A stretch of 43,966 nt of DNA from Bacteriovoracaceae bacterium (lineage in GTDB: Bacteria > Bdellovibrionota > Bacteriovoracia > Bacteriovoracales > Bacteriovoracaceae): positions 1 to 43,966 of the forward strand of contig JBMYPC010000006.1 of assembly GCA_049599895.1 (NCBI GenBank). The letters are read 5' to 3'. Of the stretch, positions 41,739 through 43,966 are shown in pieces. The notes under the pieces were generated by a model. That model did no database searches, was not told the origin of the DNA, and worked only from the letters and a program-made list of their open reading frames with translations. A program made the translations under genes and the position numbers. How positions within the stretch are numbered: the stretch's first letter is position 1; each line of letters opens with the position of its first letter.

Positions 41739-42631
41739 TGCTTTTTACCACGAAAAATGGAGCTGAAAAAAGAGCTGACTTTAGAGCAGCTCTTAATTCA
41801 GGAAAGCTTTTAAGATTTCCTGGTTCATACTCACCAATGGTTTCAATGCTGATTGAACAAAAAGGCTTTGATGGGATTTATATCTCTGGAGCTGTTCTTT
41901 CTAATGACCTTGGACTTCCTGATATTGGAATGACCACTTTAAGTGAAGTTGCCGGTAGGGGAAGACAAATTGCTCGTACAACAAATCTTCCATCAATTAT
42001 TGATATTGATACGGGGTTTGGTGAACCTATGAGTGTGGTTCGAACAGTCCAAGAACTTGAAGAACTTGGGATTTCGGGCTGCCACCTTGAAGATCAAGTG
42101 AATCCCAAAAGATGTGGGCACCTTGATAATAAGGAGCTTGTTTCAGTTGAAATGATGACAAAGAAAGTTAAGGCCGCTGCTAATGGAAAGCGCGATAAGA
42201 ACTTTCTTATTATTGCAAGAACTGATGCAAGAGCTTCTGAAGGTCTTGATAAGGCGATTGACCGAGCGAAGGCTTATGTCGATGCAGGAGCGGAGATGAT
42301 CTTTCCTGAGGCATTAAAAGATGAAAGTGAATTTGAAGCTTTTAGAAAAGCTGTTGATGTTCCAATGCTTGCGAATATGACTGAGTTTGGAAAATCAAAA
42401 CTTCTGAATAAAACCCAATTGGAAAACCTTGGTTTTAATCTTGTTATCTATCCTGTGACAACGGTTAGACTTGCGATGAAAGCGGTTGAAGATGGCCTAG
42501 ACCATATCTTTAATGAAGGGTCTCAAGAGGGAATCATTGATAATATGCAAACAAGAAAAAGATTGTACGAAATTTTAAAATACGAAGACTATAATCAATT
42601 CGATCAATCGATATTCAATTTTAAGGTGTAG
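41738..42631 (+). CDS. prpB: 2-methylisocitrate lyase
   Basis: DIDTGFG, EDQVNPKRCGH, IARTDA, ANMTEFGK. Confidence 0.97.
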   Translation: MLFTTKNGAEKRADFRAALNSGKLLRFPGSYSPMVSMLIEQKGFDGIYISGAVLSNDLGLPDIGMTTLSEVAGRGRQIARTTNLPSIIDIDTGFGEPMSVVRTVQELEELGISGCHLEDQVNPKRCGHLDNKELVSVEMMTKKVKAAANGKRDKNFLIIARTDARASEGLDKAIDRAKAYVDAGAEMIFPEALKDESEFEAFRKAVDVPMLANMTEFGKSKLLNKTQLENLGFNLVIYPVTTVRLAMKAVEDGLDHIFNEGSQEGIIDNMQTRKRLYEILKYEDYNQFDQSIFNFKV

Positions 42632-42643
42632 TGAGGAGGAAAT

Positions 42644-43780
42644 ATGAGTGAAGAGAAAGTTGTGAATGTGAAAAAAGGTTTAGAAGGTGTTGTTGCTGAT
42701 ACGACAAATGTATCGAAAGTTATGCCTGAAATTAACTCACTTGTTTATCGAGGATATCCGGTTCAGGATCTTGCTGAAAATTGCAGATTCGAAGAGGTGG
42801 CTTTCCTACTTTGGAATGGTGAGCTTCCAAGCCAAAGTGAATTAGAGGCTTTTGAAAAATCAGAAAGAGCTTACAGAACGATTTCAAATGATCTTAAAGA
42901 TGTGATTAAAAAATTCCCTAAAAATGCTCACCCTATGGATACATTGAGAACATGTGTGAGTTTTCAAGGAATGGAAGATGAGAGAACTTTTGATAACACT
43001 ACTGAAGTGAATAGAGATAAAGCTCTAAGACTTCTTTCATCAATTCCAACAATGATCGCGGCAGATTACAGAGTTCGCCAAGGGTTAGAGATTATCGATC
43101 CTAAGAGTGATCTGACGATGTCAGAGAACTTCTTTCATATGTGCTTCGGTGAAGTTCCAAATGATGAAATCGTGAAGGCTTTTGATGTCTCTTTAGTTCT
43201 TTATGCTGAACATGGATTCAACGCTTCAACATTTACATCACGTGTGATTGCTTCAACAACTTCAGATATGTTCTCAGCTGTTGCGGGAGCTATTGGGGCC
43301 CTTAAAGGACCTCTTCATGGTGGTGCAAACGAGCAGGTGATGCATATGCTTAAAGAGGTTGCAGATCCTGCGACTGCGAAAGAGTGGATGCTTGATGCTC
43401 TTAAGAATAAAAAGAAAGTGATGGGGTTTGGGCACAGAGTTTATCGAAGTGGAGATTCAAGGGTTCCAACAATGAAAAAATATGCTCAGAACCTAGGAAA
43501 GTTTAAAGGCGATACGAAGTGGGATGAAATCTCTCAGATCCTAGAAGATACAATGGTCTCAGAAAAAGGAATCTATCCAAACTTAGATTTTCCAGCTGGG
43601 CCTGCGTATTACCTAATGGGCTTTGATATCGATATGTTTACTCCAATCTTCGTAATGTCGAGAATTACGGGATGGGCGGCTCATATCATCGAGCAACACG
43701 AAAATAACAGAATCATCCGCCCCCTATGCCAATACACAGGGGAAACAGAAAGAAAGGTTCACCCTCTAGCATCTCGCTAA
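42644..43780 (+). CDS. prpC: 2-methylcitrate synthase / citrate synthase
   Basis: YAEHGFNASTF, GPLHGGANE, MGFGHRVY, PNLDF; in operon with prpDB. Confidence 0.93.
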   Translation: MSEEKVVNVKKGLEGVVADTTNVSKVMPEINSLVYRGYPVQDLAENCRFEEVAFLLWNGELPSQSELEAFEKSERAYRTISNDLKDVIKKFPKNAHPMDTLRTCVSFQGMEDERTFDNTTEVNRDKALRLLSSIPTMIAADYRVRQGLEIIDPKSDLTMSENFFHMCFGEVPNDEIVKAFDVSLVLYAEHGFNASTFTSRVIASTTSDMFSAVAGAIGALKGPLHGGANEQVMHMLKEVADPATAKEWMLDALKNKKKVMGFGHRVYRSGDSRVPTMKKYAQNLGKFKGDTKWDEISQILEDTMVSEKGIYPNLDFPAGPAYYLMGFDIDMFTPIFVMSRITGWAAHIIEQHENNRIIRPLCQYTGETERKVHPLASR

Positions 43781-43812
43781 AAAGTGCCATAAAAAGTGCC
43801 AGGTACTTTTTA
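43778..43812. repeat. Tandem TAAAAAGTGCCA x2 merging into an imperfect palindrome
   Basis: Direct repeat at 43778-89 and 43790-801; TAAAAAGTGCC-A-GGTACTTTTTA at 43790-812. Confidence 0.6.
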
Positions 43813-43857
43813 GGTAATGTAAGAAAAGCCTTTTCTTAAAATGAAATTTAAAGTGTT

Positions 43858-43896
43858 TAGAAACGCCAGTCTTTGAAAGACTGGCGTTTCTATTTT
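43858..43896 (+). terminator. Perfect 17-bp inverted repeat, probable terminator of the prp operon
   Basis: TAGAAACGCCAGTCTTT-G-AAAGACTGGCGTTTCTA then TTTT. Confidence 0.75.
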
Positions 43897-43966
43897 AGGT
43901 CTGTCTCTTTACGGTTTGTTATATCAAATATTCAAATCTTCTTCCTTTAATAGAAGTGTATTCTTG

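Noticed and set aside
43900..43966. 3' end of a convergent gene at the right edge
   Set aside because: Two short minus-strand frames are open; too little sequence to call.

Overview
Core-genome window (AT-rich; all supported genes on the + strand) from a bacterium whose proteins look Bdellovibrionota/Bacteriovoracia-like; this taxonomy is inferred from protein style only. It holds the translation/transcription supercluster secE-nusG-rplKAJL-rpoBC-rpsLG-fusA-[orphan]-S10-spc-secY-adk-infA-rpmJ-rpsMK-rpoA-rplQ. Downstream are a TlpA thioredoxin, a PocR-like sigma54 activator, secreted hypothetical proteins, a three-gene propionyl-CoA-type carboxylase and a prpD-prpB-prpC methylcitrate operon. 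tuf, rpmG, map and rpsD are absent from their usual slots. The most striking unexplained signal is a ~55-nt three-hairpin element present six times, always sense-oriented and at or just after a stop codon (rplK, rpsL, rpsS, infA, rpsK, rpoA), with compensatory base changes in all three stems. Other notable observations: the str-operon EF-G has lost all three domain-IV tip motifs and lies behind a terminator; the L10 leader carries a ~100-nt palindromic insertion; a decayed tRNA 3' end lies upstream of secE; and an identical 17-mer lies upstream of both secE and rpsL.
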